In this document: one piece after another, positions 1 through 12,558 of the stretch
Numbering within the stretch: position 1 is the first letter of the stretch
How the letters are laid out: each line of letters starts with the position of its first letter
NCBI GenBank assembly: GCA_951406725.2
Contig: OX597817.1
Span: 159,464,001 to 159,528,000, forward strand
Direction: 5' to 3'
Length of the DNA: 64,000 nt
Origin: Octopus vulgaris
Lineage: Eukaryota
Notes under the pieces: model-generated
Told to the model about the DNA's origin: nothing
Seen by the model: the letters and a program-made list of their open reading frames with translations, nothing else
Database searches by the model: none
Program-made: the position numbers and the translations under genes

Positions 1-1281
1 CTCGCACACCTTTCCACAATCTGTACAGATACAAGGACCTCGAGAATGCCGGCGCTGCTCATGCAGTTTCAGGCTATAGTTTCGAGTAAATGAGGACCCA
101 CACGCAATACACATAAATGGCTTTTCCCCAAGATGAGAACGCTCATGACGAATTCTCATTGCTGATTTCGTAAATCGCTGACCACAGAAGCGGCAAGTAT
201 ATGGCCTAAATTTAGTATGTAATTGCTCATGCATTTGAAGCTGTTTCTGGGTATCAAACAGCTTGCCACACAAGCCGCATCGATGTTTGTTTATCATTTT
301 AGATACTCTTCGCTCAATTCTAAAAGCTGATGAATGGGAAGCTCCCTGAGTTGACTGTTGTAAACGTGAAGATTTATGAGGACGAGCTGACAAAGAGGTT
401 GCATCACCTTGCAACATTTGGTCCAAATGTGTTGAAGAATGGTTTTTGTATATACTGGTTTCTGAACCATCATTTTTTGGGACATCTGTCTCTGTTTTCT
501 CAATTCTAATCGTTCTAAGAGAATCACTCTCCAAATTTGAGTGTGATTCAACATTTCCTGCCTGATCATACCTAGGTGTAGATGTAATGACCGATTCGCC
601 ATTTACATCTTTGTTACTGCTACTGGATTGGGACGGAAAGTTTACCAATGGCTTTGAAGATTCCTGTTTATTACTGTCAGAATTTACATATGGGTTATTT
701 TCAGATGAACCTGTCCGTGGTGTTGAAGTCCTAACATACATATTGAGAAACTCAGAAGGTTCTTGTTTAACAAAGACACTTTCCAAATTGGCCTGGTCAA
801 ATGACCGTCTTCGATTTGTGACAGGCTGTTTTGAAAGTTCATCTTCAACTCCAGCACGACAAGAATCAGAAGCCGGACTAATTGAATTGGTGAGTGACGC
901 TGGGCTTTGTGATCCAATTGCATAAAACTTGTGATCAGTTGAAGCAGTTGCTCCATTATCAACAGGTTGTTCATTCTGTTCCACTAAACTACCAGCAGCA
1001 CGTAGAAGTGGACATCGCTTTTCGTGATAGCGTCTCGTTGTCGACCTGGTGAAAGATTTTCCACAGTAACAACATACCCGTGATTTTCGGGGAAAACTCT
1101 TTCGTGAATAATTATAAACACTGCCACTATAGCCATAATCGGGCATGGCAACACCACTGATTCCATAAGGAAAGGATTCACCACCATATGAGACTCGCTT
1201 CTGGACAGTTGGACTATCATCTGAAATCATGGAGGTGTTCAGGAAACTTTGGTGAAAGGCACTAGAACCTGGTAAATCCAT
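1..1281 (-). CDS. C2H2 zinc-finger transcription factor, first coding exon (3' end runs off the window)
   Basis: Manual minus-strand translation from ATG at 1281 is open for 427 codons to position 1: MDLPGSSAFHQSFLNTS...CCYCGKSFTRSTTRRYHEKRC...VKQEP...CGLCGKLFDTQKQLQMHEQLH-TKFRPY-TCRFCGQRFTKSAMRIRHERSH-LGEKPF-MCIACGSSFTRNYSLKLHEQRRH-SRGP-CICTDCGKVCE. It has tandem C2H2 fingers with a TGEKP-like linker and an in-frame TAG seven codons upstream of the ATG. Confidence 0.93.
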   Translation of the reverse strand, partial: MDLPGSSAFHQSFLNTSMISDDSPTVQKRVSYGGESFPYGISGVAMPDYGYSGSVYNYSRKSFPRKSRVCCYCGKSFTRSTTRRYHEKRCPLLRAAGSLVEQNEQPVDNGATASTDHKFYAIGSQSPASLTNSISPASDSCRAGVEDELSKQPVTNRRRSFDQANLESVFVKQEPSEFLNMYVRTSTPRTGSSENNPYVNSDSNKQESSKPLVNFPSQSSSSNKDVNGESVITSTPRYDQAGNVESHSNLESDSLRTIRIEKTETDVPKNDGSETSIYKNHSSTHLDQMLQGDATSLSARPHKSSRLQQSTQGASHSSAFRIERRVSKMINKHRCGLCGKLFDTQKQLQMHEQLHTKFRPYTCRFCGQRFTKSAMRIRHERSHLGEKPFMCIACGSSFTRNYSLKLHEQRRHSRGPCICTDCGKVCE

Positions 1282-1340
1282 TTCACAGGAGGATGACCCC
1301 TAGTCACAAGAACAATATTATCATAAGTAACCATTCAGTT

Positions 1341-1363
1341 CTGAAAAATACAGAAAAAAAAAA
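1341..1363 (-). other. Splice acceptor and polypyrimidine tract of the ZNF coding exon (exon starts at 1340, 59 nt of 5'UTR)
   Basis: Minus strand reads tttttttttttctgtatttttcAG|aactgaatgg, and base composition shifts sharply to AT-rich intron sequence above 1341. This implies one or more upstream non-coding exons further right. Confidence 0.8.
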
Positions 1364-2108
1364 ATGTAAAAGAAAATTAATTTCAACTTCAATGCATCAT
1401 ATAATAACAATTTATACATAAATATTTTCATTTTAGAGCATTAATAATGAAATCAATGTAAATGTTTTAAATCTTTGCCTTTTAATAATATTTCCATTAC
1501 AGGTGCAAATATTACACTTAGAAGCACTTACTTGCATTTCATCACATCTTTGTAGATCTAAATCTGCCTATGATGGTGATAATCATAAAAATTATATTAG
1601 TCTTTCTACAAAACAATGAGCTGGTAAAAAGGCACCAGTTTTTTTGTTTGATATACTTGCCAAATAGGCATTCTACCATGAATATTAGGGATTAGAAACT
1701 TTAGAATTTTACATTTGCAATCATCATAAGACAAATTTTTCTTACATCTTTATAAAACCTATACTTACACCTAGAGTCTTTTTAGTCAACACACATTAAA
1801 ATTAGCTTAGTCAACTGAAGGATTATTCCCACCTCAGATTATGAAGCTTCCCATATCATGAACTAAACAAATTAAAATTTTAAAAAAAAAAAAAACCCTG
1901 GTCCTTCTCACAAATATATTACAACACCATCTATTTCAATGACAAATTAACCACAAGAAACAGCACTAAATTCTGTTGATAATGCTACTATGGTATAGAA
2001 CAATATAAAAACAATGTTTTAGAGATGATTACATTTGTCAACTCCCCACAGCATCAAATCCTATGCACTGATTCCAAATCCTTTTACCAAAATTATATAT
2101 ACACTTAA

Positions 2109-2329
2109 CCCTTTTGTTACTGTATTTATTTTGAGATGCTCTGTGTTTCTCTCAATTACTTTAAATATAACAAAGAATTTAGTAAAATAACTTAGTCATC
2201 ATTCAGCTAGTGTTAGGAACATAAATTGTGACTAAGGTTTGGTGGAAGATTTTAATTCAGAACTTATGAAAACAAGACACTTGTACTACAGAACCATAGC
2301 CGGTTTCGGCCGGGTTAGTAACAAAAGGG
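2109..2329. mobile_element. TTAA-flanked MITE, family B (piggyBac-like ends)
   Basis: TTAA|cccttttgttact ... agtaacaaaaggg|TTAA, a perfect 13-bp TIR around 221 bp. Homologous copies lie at 21061 and 22468. Confidence 0.85.
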
Positions 2330-2715
2330 TTAAGGTAGTGAGCTGGCAGAATTGTTAACACACCGGGCAAAATGCTTAGCAACATTTCATGTCATTACTA
2401 TCTAGTTTCCCTTCACCTGAAATTGCTGACCTTGTGCCAAAATTACATGAACTCTTTGTAATATCAGATTGATCTTAGCCAAGTCAAAGATAGGCTGAAT
2501 GGGTAAAGTATTATTCTACCAACTGATAAGTTGTGACTTCAAATCTACTACAAGTACATTGCCACAATTCATCCAGTTGTTTGGAAATAGATACCAGGTC
2601 CCGAGAATATTCTTTGTGACCAGCATCCTATCCATTCTATAAGCACTTCAAGAAGTACCTATCAATATTTGTCAGTGAACAATAGCACAATTGTGATACT
2701 CAGTTTTAGGTTATA

Positions 2716-2992
2716 CTAGCAGTATCGCCCGGCGTTGCTCAGGTTTGTAAGGGAAATAACTATAAAGCATTTTTAGAGAGTTATAGCAAAAAAATGGAAA
2801 AAAATGATGGTAAATTTTTTTATTGAGATTTAAAAAAGTGGAGTTGCGTCCCCTAGACAGTTTGTGGTTCGTGTTTCTGATTCTCGACCAAGTTTCATCA
2901 GAATCGGTTGAAAGCCATGGTCAGGGTGAGGGTACAAGCAAACAGACACACAGAAACACGCACAGACAAACTGCCGTTTATATATAGAGAGA
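2716..2992 (-). mobile_element. Non-autonomous Helitron-type element
   Basis: On the minus strand it starts A|TC and ends CTAG|T, with a GC-rich subterminal hairpin remnant (cccggcgttgctcagg on +). The internal aagtttcatcagaatcggttgaa block and acagac microsatellite are typical of Lep1/DINE-like elements. Confidence 0.65.
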
Positions 2993-3999
2993 TATCCAAT
3001 ACACAAGCAATTCCCATTTAAGTTGGAATAAGTCTATTATAATCAAAGGAGGAATGCTGGTGAAACAGGATAGACAGAAGCTCCTTTGTCCATCATTGGA
3101 TCCATGGTCAATTCTTTCCTGGTCTGTTCGCAAAAAGGAAGAGGTCACAGTTGAATGACACTAACGTTAATAAATTGTTAATACTTGAAAGAATGTCTGT
3201 CTCACCCCCATCAAACAAACTCCGCTAGTATGGGGTGAAACTACCATTGACATTTCTTAAACTATTAAATATTATTGATTTAGTTTTGTCTCTGCAGATA
3301 TGACATGGCACAACACTTTGGTGGTAATTATCTCACTAGTAATGAATTGTTGATTACTAATTATTGTTTCCATCAAGACAAATCATGCAACATTAAACAC
3401 AGATCTAACAAGAATCATAAACTAGGGTCAATTTGGCTTTCTTAGCATTCATCACTACATTAACCTGAGCTCTAAAAGTTGAAACACTACTACTATCATC
3501 ATTATCATCATCTTCCATGCTACCATGGGAGGGAGTTTCACAAGAGCCGGCCAAGCAGAAACCTGCACCAGACTTCTGTGATTGTTTTGGCAAGACTTTT
3601 ACAGCTGGATGCCTTTCACAACACCAAAGAAACAAGGGTCTTGCTGTAGAGGAAGTATGTTTGGAGTAAATGAAATTGAACAGTGGTTTTAGTACTGCGC
3701 AAGTTGACATCAATGTCGAACTTTAGCAGTTTGTATTCTTTATAGTCTCTGTGATAATGTATGTGGTCATAGTAATGATGTTTGAACATCTGATTAAGTG
3801 TGTAGTCAGCAATCAAAACCTATAAAACCTCAGTAACTATTAAATAGTTGTTGTACTGTATTCTATCAATTGACAAGCAGTTCAATACAGAGATCAGGCC
3901 TGTTACGAGATGTTAATTGAAATTCCCTAAATTTAGAAAAGGTTTGGAAGTAGCCTGGACAGATATATGCTTAACTCTTTAGTATTCAAATTATAATAC

Positions 4000-4652
4000 T
4001 TACTACCTCCGCCTTAGTGAAGGTGGAGGTATTGTTTTTATATGTTTTTGTTTGTGAACAAGATATCTCAAGAATCACTGGATCACCATCATCGTTTAGT
4101 GTCTGCTTTCCATGCTAGCATGGGCTGGACGGTTCAACTGGGGTCTGGGAAGCCAGAAAGCTGCACTAGGCCCAGTCTGATCTGGCAATGTTTCTATGGT
4201 TTGATGCCCTTCCTAACGCCAACCACTCCGTGAGTGTAGTGGGTGCTTTTACGTGCCAGACGAGGTTGGCAAACGGCCACGATCGGATGGTGCTTTTTAC
4301 GTGCCGCCGGCACAGGGGTCAGGCGAGACTGACAGCGATCACGATTGGAGGGTGCTTTTTACGTGCCACCAACACGAGGCAGATTTGGATAAAACTTTCA
4401 GGGATGTTTGGCCTCATGACTGGCATGAACTGATTAGATTTTGGGATCAATCCACACAAGGATTCTGGATTATTTTCCCTGTTCTTTTCACTTAATTTTT
4501 GAAAGCGGTTAGGTTCATTTTTAGTATTCTCATTTGTGAGAGCAGTTGAGTCTATTTCAGATATTCCCATTTTAAAAATCATCTCTGGCTAATCGTTGAG
4601 AGGACGTTGGTGTTGCCTTGGTGGAGGTTTGCACTCTCTGAGTGCTCTAGTT
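4000..4652 (+). mobile_element. Helentron-associated (HINE/DINE-like) non-autonomous element
   Basis: The 5' end ttactacctccgcc...aggtggaggta is an inverted repeat. The 3' end has the subterminal repeat ggtggaggt, then the hairpin gcactc-tct-gagtgc and ctagtt. TT context at both ends. Confidence 0.7.
4085..4380 (-). mobile_element. RTE-clade LINE 3'UTR fragment inserted in the HINE
   Basis: Reverse complement of the 3'UTR of the RTE at 32057-32950 (catcatcgttta...ccatgctagcatgg...gatgcccttcctaacgccaaccactccg). Confidence 0.8.
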
Positions 4653-6831
4653 TACATTGTTTTGAATTAATCCAGCATTTTCTTGTACCTTCATGAGTTT
4701 GATGATGTGTTAATTTATTCTTAGAATGACATTGTAGAGTAGGTATGAGGGGCCAGATCTGACTAGTTTGAACATAAAGCAGGAAGAATACTTCGGCTGG
4801 ACATTGCCAGTTTAAATGTTAATGGGCTAAACTATATAACTGCCATGTCATAACACTACACAGCTTTAACATTTTTTATTTATTTAAACAAAACAAAACA
4901 TACAAACAATACTTGTGGGGAAAATTTAGCAGCATAAATTTCATTTATATACTCTATCAGTATGTGCACATATTTGTCAAGCTGTCCACTACACAGAGAA
5001 AGCTATTTTCTTTATTGATTGTACTAATGTTAGTTGGAATCACAAACCTACTCATAAACAACTAGTTACTTGCCATCGCTTGATGACCTTACAAGCTAGT
5101 AGAATTGGGTGACCAGGTAGGAGCAGTGCATTTCTTGTAATTAGGAAACATCAAATCCATTGGACTTACTGAACCTACAGTTCAAGTAAGCACTGGTTAG
5201 CACTGACAACTAATTTCTAACTTAATTAGCCAGTAACTATTGAATCCAAAATGAAACAAGGGTCATAGAATTGATAATCCAAATCTGAGAGGTAGAGGAC
5301 ATATTAAAACCTAATTTGACAATATTCATTTGATTCTTGTAATTACTAAACTTGTAGTTCACTGAAGGCAATTATTACCCTTTGGTGCTTATGGTTATAC
5401 CACAAATAAAATTCACCAGATAAATGACCATGAAATTTGATAATACAACCTATTTAAGAAAAACAGTTGTTCTGGTTTTAAAACAAAAAGTAGTGTTAGC
5501 TATTTAAATTCCATCTTTACTTTCAACAGCACTATTTAATTATCATGTAATTGACAAACTTAGATTTCAGCCAATATTATCCAAAGACACCATTAGATAC
5601 TATTAACTTAGCCCAAACCTTGTCTAATTCATTAGTGTCACTGTAAAACATCCTGATTAGGAACTAATAAATAAATTCTAATGCTTTTGTTTGAAGATTT
5701 AAAACATAATATTGTCAATCAACTAAGAAATATATCCACAGAAGAGTAGTTACAAAAAATAAATACAGGACCTGCTCTTCTAGTTATGGCATTTGGTAGG
5801 CCCTGTTTTGCAGTCTTTATCCTTCCTATTGTCTAGCACAGTGGTGGCATTTAAAAATTTTATACAAGTACTTTACTTTTAATTGCTGTGTAGTGGAACA
5901 GAACCCAAACCTGTATGGTTGCAAAGCGAGTTTTTTTAACCACACAGCAATGCCTGTGCCATGTAAATTATTTTTAAATATTATATGCTGTTTCACTTAG
6001 TTTACATACAAATAAGACTTAATATTAGAAAATGCATGAGCACTTGTTTGGGAGTGACTATAGCCATATTGAATTCTATTGGTTGATATTTTAAGTTATT
6101 GCTTTCATTTCTGATGTACAAAGTTTACTACAGCAAATTACAATTTGGAAAAACAAGTTAATTATGCTGCTCATGAAGATCATTAATCATTAACATAACC
6201 ATATGTACCTTTATTTTTAAGTATTCTTTCTACTTTTAAACCCTACTCTATATAGTATTTCACATGAGATAAGTAGAATGCAAGAAATTGTTGAGGTGCA
6301 GTTAAAGCCACTTAGCTAAAAACTCTCACCAAAATGTCCCACAACCTAAATACCAAAGAAGAGAAGAGAGGGTGTTAACGAAAATAACTTTCAGTTGTTG
6401 CCATGCATCATGTCAGTAGCTTCATTTTCTAACAGATATCAGAGCCCAAAGGGCAAATTATTATCTATTAATACAGAATATAGAGATTTGGTGCATAATG
6501 AAAAGAACTGAAATGCTGAAGGAAGAAAATGGAAAATAATGATGTATTTATGATTTCCAAGACCAATGAATTAACACTGGGACATAAACTCAGCTCAAAG
6601 AGAAAATCATTACAGATTCCTAGACAGACATAAGTTTGATTGTAGTTTTATAGTTAAGATTTCTCCAGGAATTTTTAATAATTTTTAGGATGTCAGACGT
6701 CCAACTGCTCTATAAGTCAAATTCCATATGTTAATGGTGATTAAAAGAATCATGTGTTGCTGGTACTGAAGTAGCTATATATTTCCAAAAGACAACATAG
6801 TGCTCCAGCATGGCAAAAGCAAACCAAAATG

Positions 6832-6863
<32 letters not shown>

Positions 6864-7334
6864 CGAATTAAAAGCTCTGAACTCAATCTTTAGCCCAAAG
6901 CCCAACCTTGATCAGTATTTCCTAAATACCAAATTATCATGATACATTTTTCGACAGTGTATTTGGGAGATAGAAAGAGGGAGCGAAAGCATACAAGCAC
7001 TATTATAAAATTATAGAATTATAAAATATCAAGCTTACTATATTCCAAGGATCTCAACACCAACCTTTTAAGAAATTATGGATATGACCTTCAGTTTTTT
7101 GTTTTAATATTTCTTGCCAATTTCATTCTAGGAAGAAAGTACAATCTACATTGCCTTTAATGGTTTTGAATATTTCAATCCATTACCAATGTCTTGTGAA
7201 TTAGCATCAAGTATTGGTACTATGATCATAAATAAAAGCTTTGGCTAGTGATCTTCATAGCAAAATAAAGTAATGAATGAAATAGTACTGAGTAACTAGT
7301 ATGAACTCAAATGAAGGGTAGGCATTTTGTTTAA

Positions 7335-7559
7335 CCCTGTAGCATTCAGATTACTTTGTCAAATGTAATGCTTATCTATCACATTTTTTGAATTAATCAT
7401 GCTTTGAATTAATCTTGTTGCTTTGAGATTTTACTGATGGAATTTGTTTATTTTTAGAATTACATTGTAGGGTAGGTGTGAGAGGCTGGATCTGGCTAGT
7501 CTGAACACAAAACAGGTGAGACATTTAGGCCAGATATGGTTAGTTTAAATGCTAAAAGA
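7335..7559. mobile_element. Family A TTAA MITE (degenerate ends)
   Basis: ttaa-ccctgtagcattcagattac ... gtttaaatgctaaaaga-ttaa, colinear with 33208-33428. Confidence 0.75.
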
Positions 7560-7712
7560 TTAAGCATACAAAGGGATAATATGAATTTGTCAAAATACCA
7601 AATACATGGACTACTGTGATAGCTTACTTGAAAAGCTAATGATTAACAGACCTAAAGTTTTTGTCACTCAACAATGAAAAAGTGCTTACAGGGAAACCTA
7701 TGTAAAGTTATT

Positions 7713-8314
7713 TCTTTACTGCCCACAGGGTGCTATACATAGAGGGGACATACAAAGAGATTAAGTCAATTACATCGACCCCAGTGCGTAACTGGTACTT
7801 AATTTATAGACCCCGAAAGAATGAAAGGCAAAGTCAACCTCAGCAGAATTACCTGTGCTAGCACGGAAAACGGACGTTAAACGATGATGGTGATGAACAT
7901 AAAGACGAAATACCAATTTCTTTACTACCCACAAGGGGCTAAACAAGGACAGACATAGGTATTAAGTCTATTACATCGACCCCAGTGCGTAACTGGTACT
8001 TAATTTATCGACCCCGAAAGGATGAAAGGCAAAGTCGACCTCGGTGGAATTTGAACTCACAACGTAACGCAGACGAAATACTTATTTCTTTATTACCCAC
8101 AAGGGGCTAAACACAGAGGGGACAAACAAGGACAGACATAGGTATTAAGTCTATTACATCGACCCCAGTGCGTAACTGGTACTTAATTTATCGACCCCGA
8201 AAGGATGAAAGGCAAAGTCGACCTCGGTGGAATTTGAACTCACAACGTAACGCAGACGAAATACCGCTAAGCATATCGCCTGGCATGCGGACGTTTCTGC
8301 CAGCTCACCGCCTT
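7713..8314 (-). mobile_element. SINE with three tandem copies of its body (~170-180 bp unit) and a 14-bp TSD
   Basis: The head ggcggtgagctggcagaa is at about 8312. The body ctttgcctttcatcctttcggggtcgataaattaagtaccagttacgcactggggtcgatgtaat occurs three times. tatgtaaagttatt flanks both sides (7699-7712 and 8315-8328). Confidence 0.8.
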
Positions 8315-9254
8315 TATGTAAAGTTATTATATCTAACAACAGCATAAAATATTAAATTAATCTTCTAGATATCATCTGCATCTAAAATCATTCCAAGCTC
8401 CAAATAACCAACCCATCTGAAACTACCCATCACAATGTTTATATCAAAATGGAAAATCAAATTACGTAAAACAATGCAAAAAATTTCATGCTTTTATTTA
8501 AGAATTTCTGAAATTACGTTCCAATAAATAAAAAAAATTTACAACTATTCTACTTAATCTCACTAAATAATTTTTTAATTACAAAGAAAAAAAAAAAAGA
8601 AAAGAAAAAAAAAGAAAATTAAATAATTCTATATTATCAAATGTGAAGAGATAGCAAATTTATATACTCTCCTACATAATAACTGCTTAATTACCTTCAG
8701 TCTTGTTGCAGTTTAGTGAACTTAGAAATATAACCATGTGAAACTGCACAAAACTTGTAATTTAAAGTAAGGTAGGAAACGAGCATTGCATATGTCAATA
8801 GAACACTAGTATAGAGCAACACACAGCCAGCAGTTCACTTATCATAGCTAATTTCTACCTTCCATCTCGCTGACGAATGTAGGTAGGAGAGGGGTAGAAA
8901 ACAAGCACAAGCTATCTTTATCCTTCAGTACTACAAATGAAAGAACACTGTACTTATGCTTGGATATTACTAATCTAGCATGCACCAACAGTACTTATGC
9001 AGTCAAAAATAGCTATCAGAAAAGTGACACATTCTCTAAGCCATTGCATTAATTCACTCTAATATTCTACTTTCATCTTCTCAATTGCTCTGCTACTCTC
9101 TCTCTCTCTCCAACCAAAGTAGAATGGAGCACTTATTTTGCTTTTATGAGCTAAGCAAGCCATTAAGAATTAGCCAGTAATTCAGTAATAACCAAGCTAG
9201 TGAAATTAATCACCAAGTAAAATATTATTGTTATCACTAATGTATATATATATC

Positions 9255-9285
<31 letters not shown>

Positions 9286-10409
9286 AAGAGAGAGGCATAT
9301 GATTATTAAGATACTAAGTAAAAGTATTGAGTCAAATTACATAAATTTTGCTCAATGAAAATCAGAAATGAGAAGCTTACTCAGATAGGGCAATCAATCA
9401 TTCAACAAAACTGATTAAAAACAATAAATCAATAATAATTTGAAGTAGCTTTTATTTGGCCAAATGAAAATGGCAAGAGGATGGAAAACACACACTTCCA
9501 GAAATTAAGTATCTTTTCTGCTAATTTAACTTACCACATTGATAGAGCAATTTCTCTTTCAAAGAACAGGTTTAATGTTTAATAGTTAGGAAAGAAAAAA
9601 ACTATCAAGGTTATTGAGTGTAGCAAACCTTGGCTTAAAATAGCCATGTGGATAAGAGGGTGGGGCAGGGGGGGTAAAGGGATAACTTAGCTGCTTCTAA
9701 TTATATATTGTGGAAAATGCTGTTTAAAATGGACAGATGAGATTGCTCTATTTTCATCCATTTACATGGCCTTTGGTTTACCAAGAGTTGGTTTGAATTT
9801 ATCTTAAGATGCAAAACTATTATGTTAAATAATGTTTTTACTAAGTGTAATTAGAAGCAAATAGTAAGAAGCAGAAAGACAGTAGGGGGTCAGACTCCCT
9901 AAAAATTAGTATATTTAGAGAGGATCCAACAACTTCCACAGTTACTATGCAGGTTATGGCTTTATAGCCACCAATTCACTCTAGAAACAACAACATAGAT
10001 CGCGATATAAGAAGGTTCAATTTTTGTTCTTTGAGCACAACAAAGACTTTTAAATATTGTTTCACACACGTACACACACCATTGCTAAAATTGGAAGGAC
10101 AAGAATAAGAACCACTCAAACGTGAAGCTAGAAGTCAGCCAGCCATAAAGCTAAGGTATACTACTTCCCAACAACTTTCGCCTATAACTCAATTTGTGAA
10201 CATGTTCAATCTATGTTAACAAATATAAATAGAAACTGTTCAAATTCACCATAAAAACAAATCATGAGACAAACATTTTAATGTCAGTTATATCTATATA
10301 CAAAATTCTACAAAGTTCTGCTTTCTGATTCCCGCAATAAGATGATTTCTTAAAATGTATGTTAACAATAAATGTCAATCCATTAGAACAGCTATTTTGC
10401 CATCTTACA

Positions 10410-10790
10410 CATTACTTGTTTTTGGTCATTGGACTGCGGCCATGCTGGGGCACTGCCTTGAAGGGTTCCAATAAATAGAACCTAAACCAAACTCTAACCC
10501 ACTACTTAATTCTTTATCAAACCTCATACTTATTCTATTGATCTCTTTGCCAAGTTGCTTAGTTATGGGGACATAAACAAACCAACACTGGTTGTCAAGT
10601 GACAGCAGGGGACAAGCAGATGCAAAGACACACCCATATCTCCAATACACGATATGCATACACACACACACACACAAAAACAGGCCTCCACATTCATCTA
10701 CAAGGCACTAGTCAGCTTGGGTGTGGTGTACAGTAAGGCTGAACCCAAAACTACATGCTTGCAAAGTGAGCTTCTTAACCACACAACATT
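10410..10790 (-). mobile_element. Degenerate tRNA-derived SINE (same family as 35047-35445)
   Basis: Contains gtcattggactgcggccatgctggggcactgcc, acttattctattgatctctttgcc, a (CA)n tract and cttcttaaccacaca, matching the reverse complement of the intact copy. Confidence 0.7.
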
Positions 10791-11371
10791 GTTTAGAACA
10801 GAAAAAAATATGATCTTAAAAATAAAGAAAAACATACAGTAGAATATATTTTGCATACCTTTAAAGCTAAAGTGCCAGTCTCTCAAGAATATCATTCAAG
10901 TTATAGCGTATTCACCACCAGCTGTAGTTAGTTAATAAAGCTTAGTTATGAAAACTAGTAGTTCATATTCATATTTTATGTCTCATTGCAATACTTATTT
11001 TTAAAGTATCTTAAAGTATATATTACTTGCAAATAAGTCTCTTCTGGGAGAGTATCCACTTACAAAACAAAACCGTTTGTATGAAATTAAGCAGATAAAC
11101 CAAACCATTTAGTTTTAATGATTGTTACTTCTCATTCTGTAGAGCCAAAATTTAAGGCCTTCACATATGAAAAAAGGAGAATTGTGATGGTGCAACAACT
11201 TCCCCAAAGCAATGGAGTTTTGTTTCTTATTGTACCTCACAGAAATTATTACACTATGGTGGAGTTTGTCACACAATACAAGCTGGTTCTTTTATTAATG
11301 AAAGGCAGTGTTTTCCAAAGAGGGTTCCTTGAGAAAATTCTGAAATAAGATGGCGTTTGATTTATTTTATA

Positions 11372-11735
11372 AACTTCAGGAGCTTGCTTGGCAACCCCAT
11401 GGTTTTGTGTTCAGTTCCACAGTGCATCACATTAGGCATCTTTTACTATAACTCTGGGCTGACCAATGCTTTGTGAGTGAATTTGGTAGATGAAAACTAT
11501 GTGGAAGCCCACTATATGTATGTGTGAGTCTTTGTGTCATCCCCACCACCCCACAGTTTGACAACAGGTGTTAGTCTGTTTACATCCTTTTAACTTAGCA
11601 GTTCAGAAAAAGAGGCTGATAGAATACAAAGCAGACTTAAATATACATATTGGGGTCGATTTGTTCAAATAAACCTTTCAAGGTGGTAGCCCAACATGGC
11701 TGCAGTCAAATGATGAAGAAAGTAAACGATAAAAT
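11372..11735 (+). mobile_element. Degenerate tRNA-derived SINE (same family as 35047-35445)
   Basis: gaccaatgctttgtgagtgaatttggtagatgaaaact ... ggggtcgatttgttc ... catggctgcagtcaaatga. Confidence 0.7.
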
Positions 11736-12384
11736 ATTTACCCTTTTTTTTTTGCCAAATGAACACACACACACACTATATATATATTTGTTCTTCACTT
11801 GTTTGTTATTGCTTTTATTTTAACTCATGTCCACTGCCCGGAAATCTTTCAGCACACATCTGTGACCTCTTCGGCAACACTTTCTGACCTCATGTGTGCT
11901 CCTGCTCTGCTTAGTCCATTCTGTTCTATGATCATAAAAGAACAGAATGGACTAAGTAGAGCAGGCGTACACACGAGGACGAAAAGTGTCGCAGAGGAAG
12001 CCAAAGATGTGATGAAATGAGAACAGTAATAAATGAGTGAAGAATTAATATGTAGTACATATGTGTTTATTGTGGGTAGGGGCTCCCAAAATATAACAAT
12101 ATCTGTTTCAACTCAGAGTTTCACATCAAGAGTCTTGCAACACAAATTCATAAAATATTTACCATTTTCAGAATATTACAAGACAAAATAAGTTTGGAAG
12201 TAAAGCTATTAGTATGGAGGTTTTTAAAAATTTTACTGCTTCTATATCGATTAGGTTTTGGCACTTTGTTTCCATCCTATTATATCATAGAGGTATGGTC
12301 TCCAATTAGATCTGCTGACTACAATTAAGATTCTTACAAAAAAAGCCATTTTCATTTCCTACCCCTCAAATGATGTTTAAACTA

Positions 12385-12558
12385 ATTAGCATTTAAATTG
12401 GCCACCTCCAGCCAAATCTGGCTTCACATACCTACTATACAATGTCATTCTAAAAATAAACAATCACATCATCAAAATCTAGAAGCTACGAAATAATGCA
12501 CGATCAATTTAAAACAATGTGAATGAATATTAAATAAGGTAATCTGAATGCTAAAGGG
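12385..12558. mobile_element. Family A MITE, internally deleted
   Basis: ttagcatttaaattggcca ... aatctgaatgctaaaggg-ttaa. Confidence 0.65.

Larger units (their letters stand above)
3975..4826. mobile_element. Family A TTAA MITE interrupted by nested insertions
   Basis: The left end is ttaa-ctctttagtattcaaatta. The remainder (acattgttttgaattaat ... ccagtttaaatgttaatggg) resumes at about 4653 and matches intact family A copies. Confidence 0.6.

Noticed and set aside
294-1220. ORFs 294-602, 587-925, 684-974 and 984-1220 from the track
   Set aside because: They are alternative-frame or antisense shadows of the real ZNF frame (1281 down to 1).
3405-3820. Possible minus-strand exon (acceptor-like ttttatag at about 3820, ORFs 3405-3713 and 3616-3816)
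   Set aside because: No recognisable protein motif and no clear donor. It cannot be supported without RNA data.
6833-6862. 30-nt poly(A) run suggesting a retrocopy tail
   Set aside because: It follows a short SINE 3' remnant (gtgctccagcatggc), with no upstream ORF or TSD found.
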